A DNA stretch of 15,463 nucleotides from Chthonomonadales bacterium (GCA_038217285.1 JBBQPO010000145.1:1-15463), one strand, 5' to 3'. Positions 1 to 8,183 are shown, counted from the stretch's first letter. Made by a program: numbers and translations. The notes: generated from the letters alone by a model not told the origin.

Positions 1-18
1 CGGCTCGGTTGCATCCAT
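1..18 (-). CDS. Possible 5' end of a gene running out of the window (MDATEP...)
   Basis: Minus-strand ATG at 18 with GGAG (24-27) 5 nt upstream; only 6 codons visible. Confidence 0.25.
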
Positions 19-83
19 AAACGCTCCGCAGCGGTCGCCGAACTGAAAATGTCGGCCTAATTCGGGGTGTGCGACCGTCCTAC

Positions 84-167
84 CTATCGGAATCGAGACT
101 GGGAGGCGCATGATATTGCGTCAGGATTGGCGAAGGTATTGATGAGAGAATGCGTTTTCAGTGTCAC
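84..167 (-). CDS. Candidate 27-aa small ORF (MTLKTHSLINTFANPDAISCASQSRFR)
   Basis: Perfect AAGGAGG Shine-Dalgarno (174-180) 6 nt before GTG at 167; TAG at 84-86. No recognisable homology. Confidence 0.3.
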   Translation of the reverse strand: MTLKTHSLINTFANPDAISCASQSRFR

Positions 168-249
168 GAAGCACCTCCTTATACAAAACGTAGGATTGCC
201 TAGGCCAGAGACTATTTACAGGAGAGGCGGGGGTTGAAGCAGGCACTCT

Positions 250-296
250 AAAACAGAATGACGGCACTTAGAATTTGATACTCTAAGTGCCGCCAT
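250..296 (-). terminator. Intrinsic terminator downstream of tRNA-Asp
   Basis: Minus strand ATGGCGGCACTTAGAGT-ATCAA-ATTCTAAGTGCCGTCAT (17-bp stem, two G-U pairs) followed by TCTGTTTT. Confidence 0.7.
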
Positions 297-316
297 AAGT
301 CAACAACTATCAGTAA

Positions 317-389
317 CGGGGATGACGAGACTTGAACTCGCGGCTTCCTGCGTGACAGGCAGGCACTCTAACCACTGAGCTACACCCCC
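317..389 (-). tRNA. tRNA-Asp (anticodon GTC), CCA not encoded
   Basis: Reverse complement GGGGGTGTAGCTCAGTGGTTAGAGTGCCTGCCTGTCACGCAGGAAGCCGCGAGTTCAAGTCTCGTCATCCCCG folds as a cloverleaf: acceptor GGGGGTG/CATCCCC, anticodon stem CCTGC/GCAGG with loop CTGTCAC, T-loop TTCAAGT, discriminator G. Confidence 0.97.
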
Positions 390-439
390 AATTCAGGCCA
401 ACCGGTCACCGGGTCTTTCCGAGTGGATCGACGAACAGA

Positions 440-468
440 ATTATACTCTGATGCGGCCTATCTGTCAA
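440..468 (-). promoter_or_regulatory. Housekeeping sigma promoter of tRNA-Asp
   Basis: Exact TTGACA (468-463) - 17 nt - TATAAT (445-440). Confidence 0.9.
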
Positions 469-517
469 GGGGAATTTTGGCGGGCCCCGTTCCTGCCTCA
501 CCAGTCGGGTCCGCTTA

Positions 518-2140
518 TCAACGCGAGCGTTTATAGAGAATCAACTGGGATTCGACCCAGTGGGACGGCGGATTGGTCTCGCCGCGCTCCGCGTTCACGT
601 AGGGCGCGACATCGTAGCTCACCGCGCCGGACTGTCCTGCGGGGATCAGACCGGTGATGTCGATATCCCAGGGACGCACCACGTCGCCGGGAGCCCACCC
701 CGCCCGGTCGTACTTCCAGGTGCCGCCCTGCGGTCGGCAGGGATTGAGGTAGTTGTCGTCTTTCCAGAGCAGGTTTTCGAAGCTGCGACCGCCGACCGTG
801 ACGGTGCGTTTGCTCGGCATGAACTCGGCGGCATTGTCGCTATTGGGCGACATTCCGTGGCCGGTGACGGTAAAGCGAAGCTTCGCATAGTCGGTTTTTG
901 GATCGATAGCGACGATCTTCGGGGTAAAGAAAGCCGAGATCGGCTTAGCGGGGTTGCCTATCTCCGGTGAGCCTGCCCAGAGACTGACCACGCGTACCGC
1001 TTTGCGATCCGTCTTACCGGGATAGAAGTCGAAGCGCACGGAGGTCTTCCAGCCGTTGGCGTAGGTCACGCACCAGGCTTCCACCTTCTTTTTACCGTGC
1101 AGCAGCGGGCGGTAGTCGCTGACATCGACCTGCCAGACATAACCGCGATGATAAGGCGTAATGAAGCGCAGGATCTCGAACTTCTGTCCGGCCTCGTCGT
1201 AGAGATAGACCGCTGCAGCACGATCCCACGGATCAAAGGGGCCGCTATCGGGTTTGTCGAGAGTCAGGGTGCAGAGTATCCGGCCAAAGGCGTCGGTCTT
1301 CTCCGGGAACGCAACGAGGCTGGACTGGCTGGTATGTTTGGAGTCGAGCGGCAGACCGTTGATCGCGGCGACCGTAACAGGCGGTTTCGGAGCGCCGATG
1401 TGGCTGCGGGAGGTGAGGACGACCTTCCCAATGTCAAGGGTGGTCGTGGCCTTGGAACTCGTGCCTCCGAAGGCGGCGCGGCTCTCATAGGGCCGCATGC
1501 CGGGGACGAAGGTGTGCGAATAGACGTCGGTCCCCGCCACATTCAGGGTGACCTCCGCGCCGCCGCAGACATACTCCAGTTCCGTCCGCACGGCGAGCGG
1601 TCGGCCCGTCCGGAATTCGACTGGCGACAGGCGTCGCACGATTTCGACTCCATCCCAATAGAGCGCGATCTCACGCTGCGGGCGGTCGTAGATGTTGCCG
1701 TCTTTGTTGAAGGGATCGGTCGAGGGGGGACTGTGGATATCGAAGAGAACCGCAAACGTGTTTTTGAGGCGGGGTTCCTGCCAGGGAATCGGTGTGGTCG
1801 AGGAGCCCTGGGCGTGTTCGCTCGCGGTATTGAGCAAGACGAAGGCGGCCGTGTCCCCTCCTATCCCAATCGTCATCTCCCAGTTTGCCTCGACATGCCT
1901 GTAGAGGCCGGAGGCGGTGCGGTCCAGGAGAACAGCGGTGCGCTGATTCGGCTCTCCATCCAGCAGGCGCAGCCCACCCGGCACAACCCTCGGCGGCTTG
2001 CCCGCTCCCTCGTTCGACAGCGTGTAGCCGACGGCGCCGTTTCGCCCGGTAAAATTCTGCCGCGTGACGTTGTCCGCCTTACCGATTGACGCGACCAGAA
2101 ACAACAACCCTGCGACCAGCACATAACGCAACTGTTTCAC
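518..2140 (-). CDS. Secreted peptide-N-glycosidase F-like protein with N-terminal L-type lectin/ConA-like domain
   Basis: 540 aa, GTG start with GGGAGGG RBS, signal peptide (MKQLRYVLVAGLLFLVASIGKA). The C-terminal half has PNGase F-family motifs DPWDR, EILRFITPY, DVSDYRPLL, TGHG, EF and NPxxPQxGTWxYDRAGWxPG. The N-terminal half has legume-lectin-like strands (LRLL..NQ..AV, GGD.AAFVL, FAVLFD, AAFGGTS). Confidence 0.78.
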   Translation of the reverse strand: MKQLRYVLVAGLLFLVASIGKADNVTRQNFTGRNGAVGYTLSNEGAGKPPRVVPGGLRLLDGEPNQRTAVLLDRTASGLYRHVEANWEMTIGIGGDTAAFVLLNTASEHAQGSSTTPIPWQEPRLKNTFAVLFDIHSPPSTDPFNKDGNIYDRPQREIALYWDGVEIVRRLSPVEFRTGRPLAVRTELEYVCGGAEVTLNVAGTDVYSHTFVPGMRPYESRAAFGGTSSKATTTLDIGKVVLTSRSHIGAPKPPVTVAAINGLPLDSKHTSQSSLVAFPEKTDAFGRILCTLTLDKPDSGPFDPWDRAAAVYLYDEAGQKFEILRFITPYHRGYVWQVDVSDYRPLLHGKKKVEAWCVTYANGWKTSVRFDFYPGKTDRKAVRVVSLWAGSPEIGNPAKPISAFFTPKIVAIDPKTDYAKLRFTVTGHGMSPNSDNAAEFMPSKRTVTVGGRSFENLLWKDDNYLNPCRPQGGTWKYDRAGWAPGDVVRPWDIDITGLIPAGQSGAVSYDVAPYVNAERGETNPPSHWVESQLILYKRSR

Positions 2141-2169
2141 CCGTCTATCCCTCCCTTGCCGTGGGAGGG

Positions 2170-2198
2170 ATTATACCTGGATTGTCCTGATGGCACAA
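2170..2198 (-). promoter_or_regulatory. Putative promoter of the PNGase F-like gene
   Basis: TTGTGC (2198-2193) - 17 nt - TATAAT (2175-2170). Confidence 0.6.
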
Positions 2199-2242
2199 GG
2201 GAGCCGGAGGAGGCTTTTCAACGCAGGGCACCGCCTCTACTG

Positions 2243-3514
2243 TCAGGCCTCGAACTTTTTCAGGAGAACGGTGACATTGTGCCCGCCAAACCCGAACGAG
2301 TTGGACATGGCGACGCGCACCTCGGATTTGCGCGCCACATTCGGCACATAGTCGAGGTCGCACTCCGGATCGGGGGTGGAGTAGTTGATGGTAGGCGGAA
2401 TCAGGCTGTCGCGCATGGCGAGGGCGCAGAAAATGGCTTCGACCGCTCCGGCGGCGGCGTTCAGATGCCCGGTCATGGATTTGGTGGAGCTGACCGCAAC
2501 ACGATAGGCATCGTCCCCGAGGGCCGCTTTGATCGCCGCCGTCTCATTGCGGTCGTTATAGAGGGTCGAGGTGCCGTGCGCATTGACATAGTCCACGTCG
2601 GACGGCTTCAGACCGGCGGTGCGCAGCGCCTCGCGCATGGAGCGGGTCGCGCCTTCGCCACCCGGTGCGGGTGCGGTCACATGGTAGGCGTCGGCCGCGC
2701 AGCCGTAACCAACGATCTCCGCATAGATGTGCGCCCCTCGTGCCTGCGCCGACTCCAGCGACTCCAGCAGCAGCATGGCGCTGCCTTCGGCCATGACGAA
2801 CCCGTCGCGGTCTTTATCGAAGGGTCGGCTGGCCGCTTCCGGGTCTTCATTGCGGGTCGTCATCGCGCGTGCCGCGCAGAAGCCTGCCATCGCCAGCGGC
2901 GTGATCGCCGCCTCCGTGCCGCCCGCCATCATGGCGTCGGCGTCGCCGCGCCGAATGACATGGTAGGCATCTCCTATATTATTGCCGCCCGTCGCGCAGG
3001 CCGAAACCACGCAGGAGTTCGGACCGCGCATCCCCAGCACGATCGAGACGAACCCCGCGCCCATGTCCGGGATCATGCCGGGAATCAGGAACGGACTGAC
3101 GCGCCCCGGCCCCTTCTCTAGCAGCACTCGGTGCTGCTCCTCCAGGGTCGCCAGTCCCCCGATCCCGGAGCCGATCTGCACTCCGATGCGGTCCCGGTTG
3201 CTGTCGTCCACTTTCAGGCCGCTGTCGTCCAGAGCCATCTGCGCCCCCGCCACCGCAAACTGCACGAAGCGGTCCATGCGGCGGATCTCTTTTTTGTCCA
3301 TCCAGGGCGACGGATCCCAGTCTTTGATCTCGGCGGCGATGCGCGTCGGATAGGCGGAGACATCGAACCGTGTGATCGGTGACACCCCGGAACATCCGGA
3401 GAGGCACGCCTTCCAGATCGTCTCGATATTCGGTCCCTGCGCCGTGACCCCACCGATCCCCGTTATGACAACGCGCTGAGTCGTCTGCTCCGGCGCGCAC
3501 GTTGCTTTCTCCAT
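2243..3514 (-). CDS. fabF: 3-oxoacyl-ACP synthase II
   Basis: RVVITGIG start, catalytic Cys in SACATG, His in NAHGTST and KSMTGH, C-terminal SNSFGFGGHN. Start moved to ATG 3514 (AGAGAGGA upstream), because the longer ORF extension runs through the divergent promoter region. Confidence 0.95.
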   Translation of the reverse strand: MEKATCAPEQTTQRVVITGIGGVTAQGPNIETIWKACLSGCSGVSPITRFDVSAYPTRIAAEIKDWDPSPWMDKKEIRRMDRFVQFAVAGAQMALDDSGLKVDDSNRDRIGVQIGSGIGGLATLEEQHRVLLEKGPGRVSPFLIPGMIPDMGAGFVSIVLGMRGPNSCVVSACATGGNNIGDAYHVIRRGDADAMMAGGTEAAITPLAMAGFCAARAMTTRNEDPEAASRPFDKDRDGFVMAEGSAMLLLESLESAQARGAHIYAEIVGYGCAADAYHVTAPAPGGEGATRSMREALRTAGLKPSDVDYVNAHGTSTLYNDRNETAAIKAALGDDAYRVAVSSTKSMTGHLNAAAGAVEAIFCALAMRDSLIPPTINYSTPDPECDLDYVPNVARKSEVRVAMSNSFGFGGHNVTVLLKKFEA

Positions 3515-3693
3515 CCCAACTATCCTCTCTCTCGGTACCGCCCTAGTACCAGAACTCATTTCGGAATACAGATCACAGTTTGTTTGACGTCGAACGCGCG
3601 AAGGATTGCGCTCCATCGCGTTTTTTGCTGGTCTAACCCCGGTTATAGTACCCGAAAAACAGAAAACGAACCGGCAATGTCCGCGAACAACAG

Positions 3694-3722
3694 TTGACGA
3701 AATGGCGGTGACCGCGTATAAT
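3694..3722 (+). promoter_or_regulatory. Housekeeping sigma promoter of leuS
   Basis: TTGACG (3694-3699) - 17 nt - TATAAT (3717-3722). Confidence 0.85.
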
Positions 3723-3740
3723 AGTAACCTGAACTTTCCG

Positions 3741-3779
3741 ACCTGGCGACCGCAACGGCGGCAGCCGGGTTTTTTGTTT
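3741..3779 (+). terminator. Terminator-like hairpin within the leuS leader
   Basis: ACCTGGC..CCG-CAA-CGG..GCCGGGT followed by TTTTTGTTT, located between promoter and RBS. Confidence 0.5.
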
Positions 3780-3816
3780 CGCTGAACTCCGAACTCCACG
3801 CGAAGGGGTGTTGATA

Positions 3817-6468
3817 ATGACCGACGACCGAACCGAAAACCGCTACGAATTCCGTTATATCGAAAAGAAGTGGCAGCAGCACTGGGAACAGGCCGACCTT
3901 TTCCGGGTGCATCTTACCTCGGATAAGCCGAAGTTCTATGGCCTCGTCATGTTCCCCTATCCGAGCGGAGCGGGGCTCAGCGTCGGCCACTGCAAGAACT
4001 ATATTCCTCCGGATGTCGTCTGCCGCCTCAAGAGTATGCAGGGCTACAACGTGCTCCAGCCGATGGGCTGGGACGCCTTCGGTCAGCCAGCGGAAAACGA
4101 GGCGATCAAGCGCGGCCGCAATCCACGCGAACTGGTCCCCGAATACGCTGAGAACTATCGTCGGCAGCTCAAACTGGTCGGTATCTCTTACGACTGGTCG
4201 CGGGAGATCAACTCCAGCGCACCGAGCTACTACAAATGGACACAGTGGTTCTTCCTGCTGCTGCATCAGCGCGGGCTGGCCTATCGTGCCAACATGCCGA
4301 TCAACTGGTGCCCGATGGATAAGACCGGCCTCGCGAACGAAGAGGTCGTCAACGGTCGCTGCTGGCGGTGCGGTACGCTGGTCGAGAAGCGCCCCATGCC
4401 GCAGTGGTTCTTCAAGATCACCGACTATGCCGAACGGTTGATTAGCGACCTCGACACCATTCAGTGGCCGGAAGGCGTCAAGATGCTCCAGACCAACTGG
4501 ATCGGGCGCAGCGAAGGCGCGGATGTCGTTTTCAGAGTCTCCGGCAGCACCGAGGAGCTGCATGTCTTCACCACGCGGCCGGACACCCTCTGGGGCGCGA
4601 CGTTCATGGTGCTGGCTCCCGAGCATCCGCTGGTCGGCGCCCTTACGACGCCGGAACAGCAGAGTGAAATCGAGGAGTACCGGGAGCGGGCGCAACGCCT
4701 CACCGAGATCGACCGCCAGAGCACCGAGCGCACGAAGACCGGCGTCTTTACCGGCGCTTACGCGGTCAACCCGGTCAACGGTGAGAACATTCCGATCTAT
4801 ATCGCCGACTATGTGCTGATGGGCTACGGCACCGGCGCGATCATGGCGGTCCCGGCGCACGATCAGCGCGACTTCGAGTTCGCCCGCAAATACAACGTCC
4901 CGATCCGACTGGTCTACAAACAGCGCGAGGACGAAACGCCGGAGGCGATGACCGAGGCGACCGCGCAGGGCGGCGCGATGGCGCTCGGGCCGTTCGTCGG
5001 TGCTCCGAACAACAAAGAGACGGTGCGCAGGGTCATCGTTTGGATGGAGGAGCAGGGCTTCGGCAAGGGAGTCATCAATTTCCGCCTGCGCGACTGGCTG
5101 ATCTCCCGCCAGCGTTACTGGGGGGCGCCGATCCCCATTATTCACTGCACGACCTGCGGCATTGTCCCCGTGCCGGAAGACCAACTGCCGGTGCTGCTGC
5201 CGGACGTCGACCGCTACGAGCCGACCGGGACCGGTGAATCCCCTCTCGCCGCCATTGCCGACTTCGTCAACACCACCTGTCCGCAGTGCGGGGCCGCCGC
5301 GAAGCGGGAAACCGATACGATGGGCGGGTTCGCCTGTTCGTCCTGGTACTTCCTGCGTTTCAGCGATCCGCACAACGAGAACGCCGCGTTCAGCCGCGAG
5401 GCCGCCGACTACTGGCTGCCTGTAGACCTGTATGTGGGTGGCACGGAGCATGCCGTCATGCATCTGCTCTACGCCCGGTTCTGGACGAAGGTGATGTACG
5501 ACGCGGGCCTGATCGCGTTCGAGGAACCGTTCCAGCGCTATCGCAACCAGGGCATGCTGCTGGCCTGGACGCCGGGGCGCGAACTGAAGCAGGACGAAGA
5601 GGTCCAGGGCGACGAGTCCGACGCCGACGCGCCGGTCGAGAACTGGAAGGTGCTCAAGCCGGAAGAGCGCGCGGGCGTCCACGCCTCCGAATGGGTCTAT
5701 CGGTGGGTCAAGATGAGCAAGAGCATGGGCAATGTCGTCACGCCCGACGAGATGGCGGAGCAGTACGGCGCGGACAGCCTGCGGCTCTACTCGCTGTTCG
5801 TCGCGCCGTTCGAGGACACCGTGCAGTGGTCCGACAAGGGGATCGACGGCGCCCATCGCTTCGTCAACCGCCTCTGGCGGCTCTGGACGGAGCTACGGCG
5901 CCACTACCGCGCCGACTGGCGAGAGAGCCTGGCCGCTGGCGAGAGTTCTGGGGGGCCGGAAGGGAAGGCGCTGCGGCGCAAGCTGCACCAGACGATCCGC
6001 AAGGTCGGCGAGGACATCGAGAACTTCCGGTTCAACACGGCGGTCGCCGCGCTGATGGAGTTCACCAACGAGCTCTCCGCCTTCCGCAATGCGCTGGGAC
6101 ACACCCACGCCACGTCGGAACAGACGCTGCTGATCTCCGAAACGCTGGAGACGCTGACGCTGCTGATCTCGCCGATCATGCCGCATCTGGCGGACGAGTT
6201 CTGGGAGTTGCTGGGCAAAACCGGCTTCACGCTGCGGCAGACATGGCCCGTCTTCGATCCCGCCGCTGCCGCCGAAGAGGTGCTGACCATCGTCGTCTCC
6301 GTCAACGGCAAAGTGCGCGACCGTCTGCAAGTCGCCGTCGACACCTCCCAGGAGGAGATCGAACGCCTGGCGCTGGCAAGCGACAAGGTGCAGGCCGAAC
6401 TGATCGGCAAACAGATCCGCAAAGTGATCCCGGTGCCCGGCAAACTCGTCAATATCGTTATCGGCTAG
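3817..6468 (+). CDS. leuS: Leucyl-tRNA synthetase
   Basis: MFPYPSG, HIGH-equivalent SVGH, PMGWDAFG, editing domain TTRPDT and GTGAIMAVPAHDQRD, RLRDWLISRQRYWG, KMSKS, C-terminal VNGKVR...KLVNIV. ATG 3817 follows AAGGGGTG; in-frame GTG 3808 and TTG 3811 are alternative starts. Confidence 0.98.
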   Translation: MTDDRTENRYEFRYIEKKWQQHWEQADLFRVHLTSDKPKFYGLVMFPYPSGAGLSVGHCKNYIPPDVVCRLKSMQGYNVLQPMGWDAFGQPAENEAIKRGRNPRELVPEYAENYRRQLKLVGISYDWSREINSSAPSYYKWTQWFFLLLHQRGLAYRANMPINWCPMDKTGLANEEVVNGRCWRCGTLVEKRPMPQWFFKITDYAERLISDLDTIQWPEGVKMLQTNWIGRSEGADVVFRVSGSTEELHVFTTRPDTLWGATFMVLAPEHPLVGALTTPEQQSEIEEYRERAQRLTEIDRQSTERTKTGVFTGAYAVNPVNGENIPIYIADYVLMGYGTGAIMAVPAHDQRDFEFARKYNVPIRLVYKQREDETPEAMTEATAQGGAMALGPFVGAPNNKETVRRVIVWMEEQGFGKGVINFRLRDWLISRQRYWGAPIPIIHCTTCGIVPVPEDQLPVLLPDVDRYEPTGTGESPLAAIADFVNTTCPQCGAAAKRETDTMGGFACSSWYFLRFSDPHNENAAFSREAADYWLPVDLYVGGTEHAVMHLLYARFWTKVMYDAGLIAFEEPFQRYRNQGMLLAWTPGRELKQDEEVQGDESDADAPVENWKVLKPEERAGVHASEWVYRWVKMSKSMGNVVTPDEMAEQYGADSLRLYSLFVAPFEDTVQWSDKGIDGAHRFVNRLWRLWTELRRHYRADWRESLAAGESSGGPEGKALRRKLHQTIRKVGEDIENFRFNTAVAALMEFTNELSAFRNALGHTHATSEQTLLISETLETLTLLISPIMPHLADEFWELLGKTGFTLRQTWPVFDPAAAAEEVLTIVVSVNGKVRDRLQVAVDTSQEEIERLALASDKVQAELIGKQIRKVIPVPGKLVNIVIG

Positions 6469-6970
6469 AGGCGTGTTTCCACTGCTGGCGCAGGTATTCG
6501 ATCTGGGAGGCGTGCTGAATATCGTGTTCGACCATCTCGACCAGGATATTCGCCACCGTCTGACTCGTGCTTCCCCACGGCACCAGTCTGTCGAAAGCCT
6601 CGACCGGGAGCAGCGCCAGCTCTGCGCTCCAAGCCATGCCGACCTGCTTCAGCCATGCCTGGATTCCCTGCCAGTCGTCAAGAGCGGGGGCGGTATCGGC
6701 GTCGAACTCTGCGCGTGACAACGGACGCCCGTCCGGCTGAAAAATCGGCAGTGTCATCTGTTTCCAGGCCGCGACATGATAGACGATCCCGGCGATAGAG
6801 CCGTTCTGCCCGATCCCGAAGGGATGATCGGGCCAGTCCGGCGCACGGCCCTCCAGCGCTTCTGTCGCAGACAAGCCGTCGATCTGCGACTGCAGGTTGC
6901 GATAACTGCGTTCAGCCCGATTTTTCAAGAATGCTGCCAGTGTCTCCATGCCCGTGGATCCCTCTCCCAT
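6458..6970 (-). CDS. DinB/YfiT-family helical protein
   Basis: SIAGIVYHVAAW and EHDIQHASQIEYLR match the H...HxxxH triad of the DinB superfamily. Convergent 11-bp overlap with leuS. Start may be ATG 6949. Confidence 0.82.
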   Translation of the reverse strand: MGEGSTGMETLAAFLKNRAERSYRNLQSQIDGLSATEALEGRAPDWPDHPFGIGQNGSIAGIVYHVAAWKQMTLPIFQPDGRPLSRAEFDADTAPALDDWQGIQAWLKQVGMAWSAELALLPVEAFDRLVPWGSTSQTVANILVEMVEHDIQHASQIEYLRQQWKHASSR

Positions 6971-7106
6971 TTTCTCTGATGTAACCTAACGCGCGGCGCC
7001 GACGCCTAATGAGGAAGGGATTGCCCCCCGGTTTGCCCAATAGACCTCTTGCATCCTTCTTCGGACACAGAACGTAACCGTTTTTCTACGCTTGATGGAG
7101 TTCGCC

Positions 7107-7772
7107 ATGTTCCTTTATAACCATCCCGTTGTCTCTCGTCTCTCGTCGCTTACGGCGGTCTTACTGCTGCTCGGCGGCGGTATAGCCGCCCTGCATCTTA
7201 GTTCGCATTCGGCACGCGCGCAGGCGCCGCCGAACCCCACGCAGCCTTCAAAGGCAGTGGAAGATCTGCTGCTCGAGCTGGACGACCTCGATACGCTGCA
7301 CATCCTGCTTCCCTTGAAGCTCACGCCGGAGCAGATGGACAAACTTATTCCGATGTTCACCACCGCCAAAACCGATTTCGACAAAAAGTCTGCGGCTCTC
7401 ACCAGCGCGGCTCTGTTGAAAATGGCGGACGAGATTCGCGCGACTCGGAAGAAAGCCATCGCCGGAACGGCGATCCCCACGGAGTTCGACGACCGGGTCA
7501 AGGCGATCCAAATGGAGGTTGCCGGGAAGCGCAAGGAGCTCGACACGACCAACATTGTCGCGGTGAGCAACGCCTGCAAGACCATCCTGAACGCTGATCA
7601 GTATGCCCTCTGCGCGAAGATGGAGACGGACGCCTACAAGCGCAACAAACGCTATAACGACAAAGCCACGGTAGCCCAGTATTTCAATGCGTATGTGATG
7701 GACGCCTTTATCGCCAATCCGCGCACCATCCCTTTGCTGAAGGAGATGCGCGCGGCGCAGCCTGAGAAGTAG
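7107..7772 (+). CDS. Exported hypothetical protein, predicted alpha-helical
   Basis: GGAG (7097-7100) before ATG 7107; hydrophobic N-terminal segment ending ARA-Q; codon usage like the core genes. Confidence 0.8.
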   Translation: MFLYNHPVVSRLSSLTAVLLLLGGGIAALHLSSHSARAQAPPNPTQPSKAVEDLLLELDDLDTLHILLPLKLTPEQMDKLIPMFTTAKTDFDKKSAALTSAALLKMADEIRATRKKAIAGTAIPTEFDDRVKAIQMEVAGKRKELDTTNIVAVSNACKTILNADQYALCAKMETDAYKRNKRYNDKATVAQYFNAYVMDAFIANPRTIPLLKEMRAAQPEK

Positions 7773-7812
7773 CGCAGGCGACCGCAAACGGCTGCCAGCT
7801 CAGGCAGGAATC

Positions 7813-7850
7813 AAAAAGAGGGGCCGGGTGCGTGGTGCATCCGGCCCCTC
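7813..7850 (-). terminator. Intrinsic terminator of trxA
   Basis: Minus strand GAGGGGCCGGATGC...GCACCCGGCCCCTC followed by TTTTT, 15 nt after the trxA stop. Confidence 0.85.
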
Positions 7851-7865
7851 GACGCTGTATGCCCT

Positions 7866-8183
7866 TTAGAGGAGGGACTCCAACTTGGCCGAGATGGTGC
7901 TCTTCGGCACGGCTCCCACGACCTGATCCACGACCTTGCCGCCCTTGAAGAAAAGCAGCGTCGGAATGGACATAATATTGTATTTCTGCGCGATCTCTTG
8001 CTCGCTATCGACATCGCATTTGAAGACCACCGCTTTGCCCTCGTAGTCATGCGAAATTGCTTCTACATGAGGACCGATCATTTTGCACGGGCCGCACCAC
8101 TCCGCCCAGAAATCTACCAGCACCGGTAAGGACGACTGAAGTACTTCCTTCTCGAATTGGCTGGCCGTAATCGCACTGCTCAT
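7866..8183 (-). CDS. trxA: Thioredoxin
   Basis: 105 aa, VDFWAEWCGPCK active site, SIPTLLFFKGG; GGAGGT RBS (8192-8197). Confidence 0.97.
   Translation of the reverse strand: MSSAITASQFEKEVLQSSLPVLVDFWAEWCGPCKMIGPHVEAISHDYEGKAVVFKCDVDSEQEIAQKYNIMSIPTLLFFKGGKVVDQVVGAVPKSTISAKLESLL

Noticed and set aside
1097-3121. 330-aa and 321-aa plus-strand ORFs opposite the PNGase-like gene and fabF
   Set aside because: Antisense shadows of well-supported genes.
3515-3799. 95-aa N-terminal extension of FabF in the ORF track
   Set aside because: Crosses the divergent promoter and leuS leader; the RBS and homology support ATG 3514.
3643-5856. 737-aa ORF antisense to leuS
   Set aside because: Mirror frame of a GC-rich gene with biased codons; no motifs or convincing RBS.
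6458-6468. Convergent overlap of the leuS and DinB-family stops as antisense regulation
   Set aside because: Short tail-to-tail overlaps are common and nothing else supports a function.
5286-6518. 410-aa alternative-frame ORF within leuS
   Set aside because: Arg/Gly/Ala-rich composition typical of off-frame translation of high-GC coding DNA.
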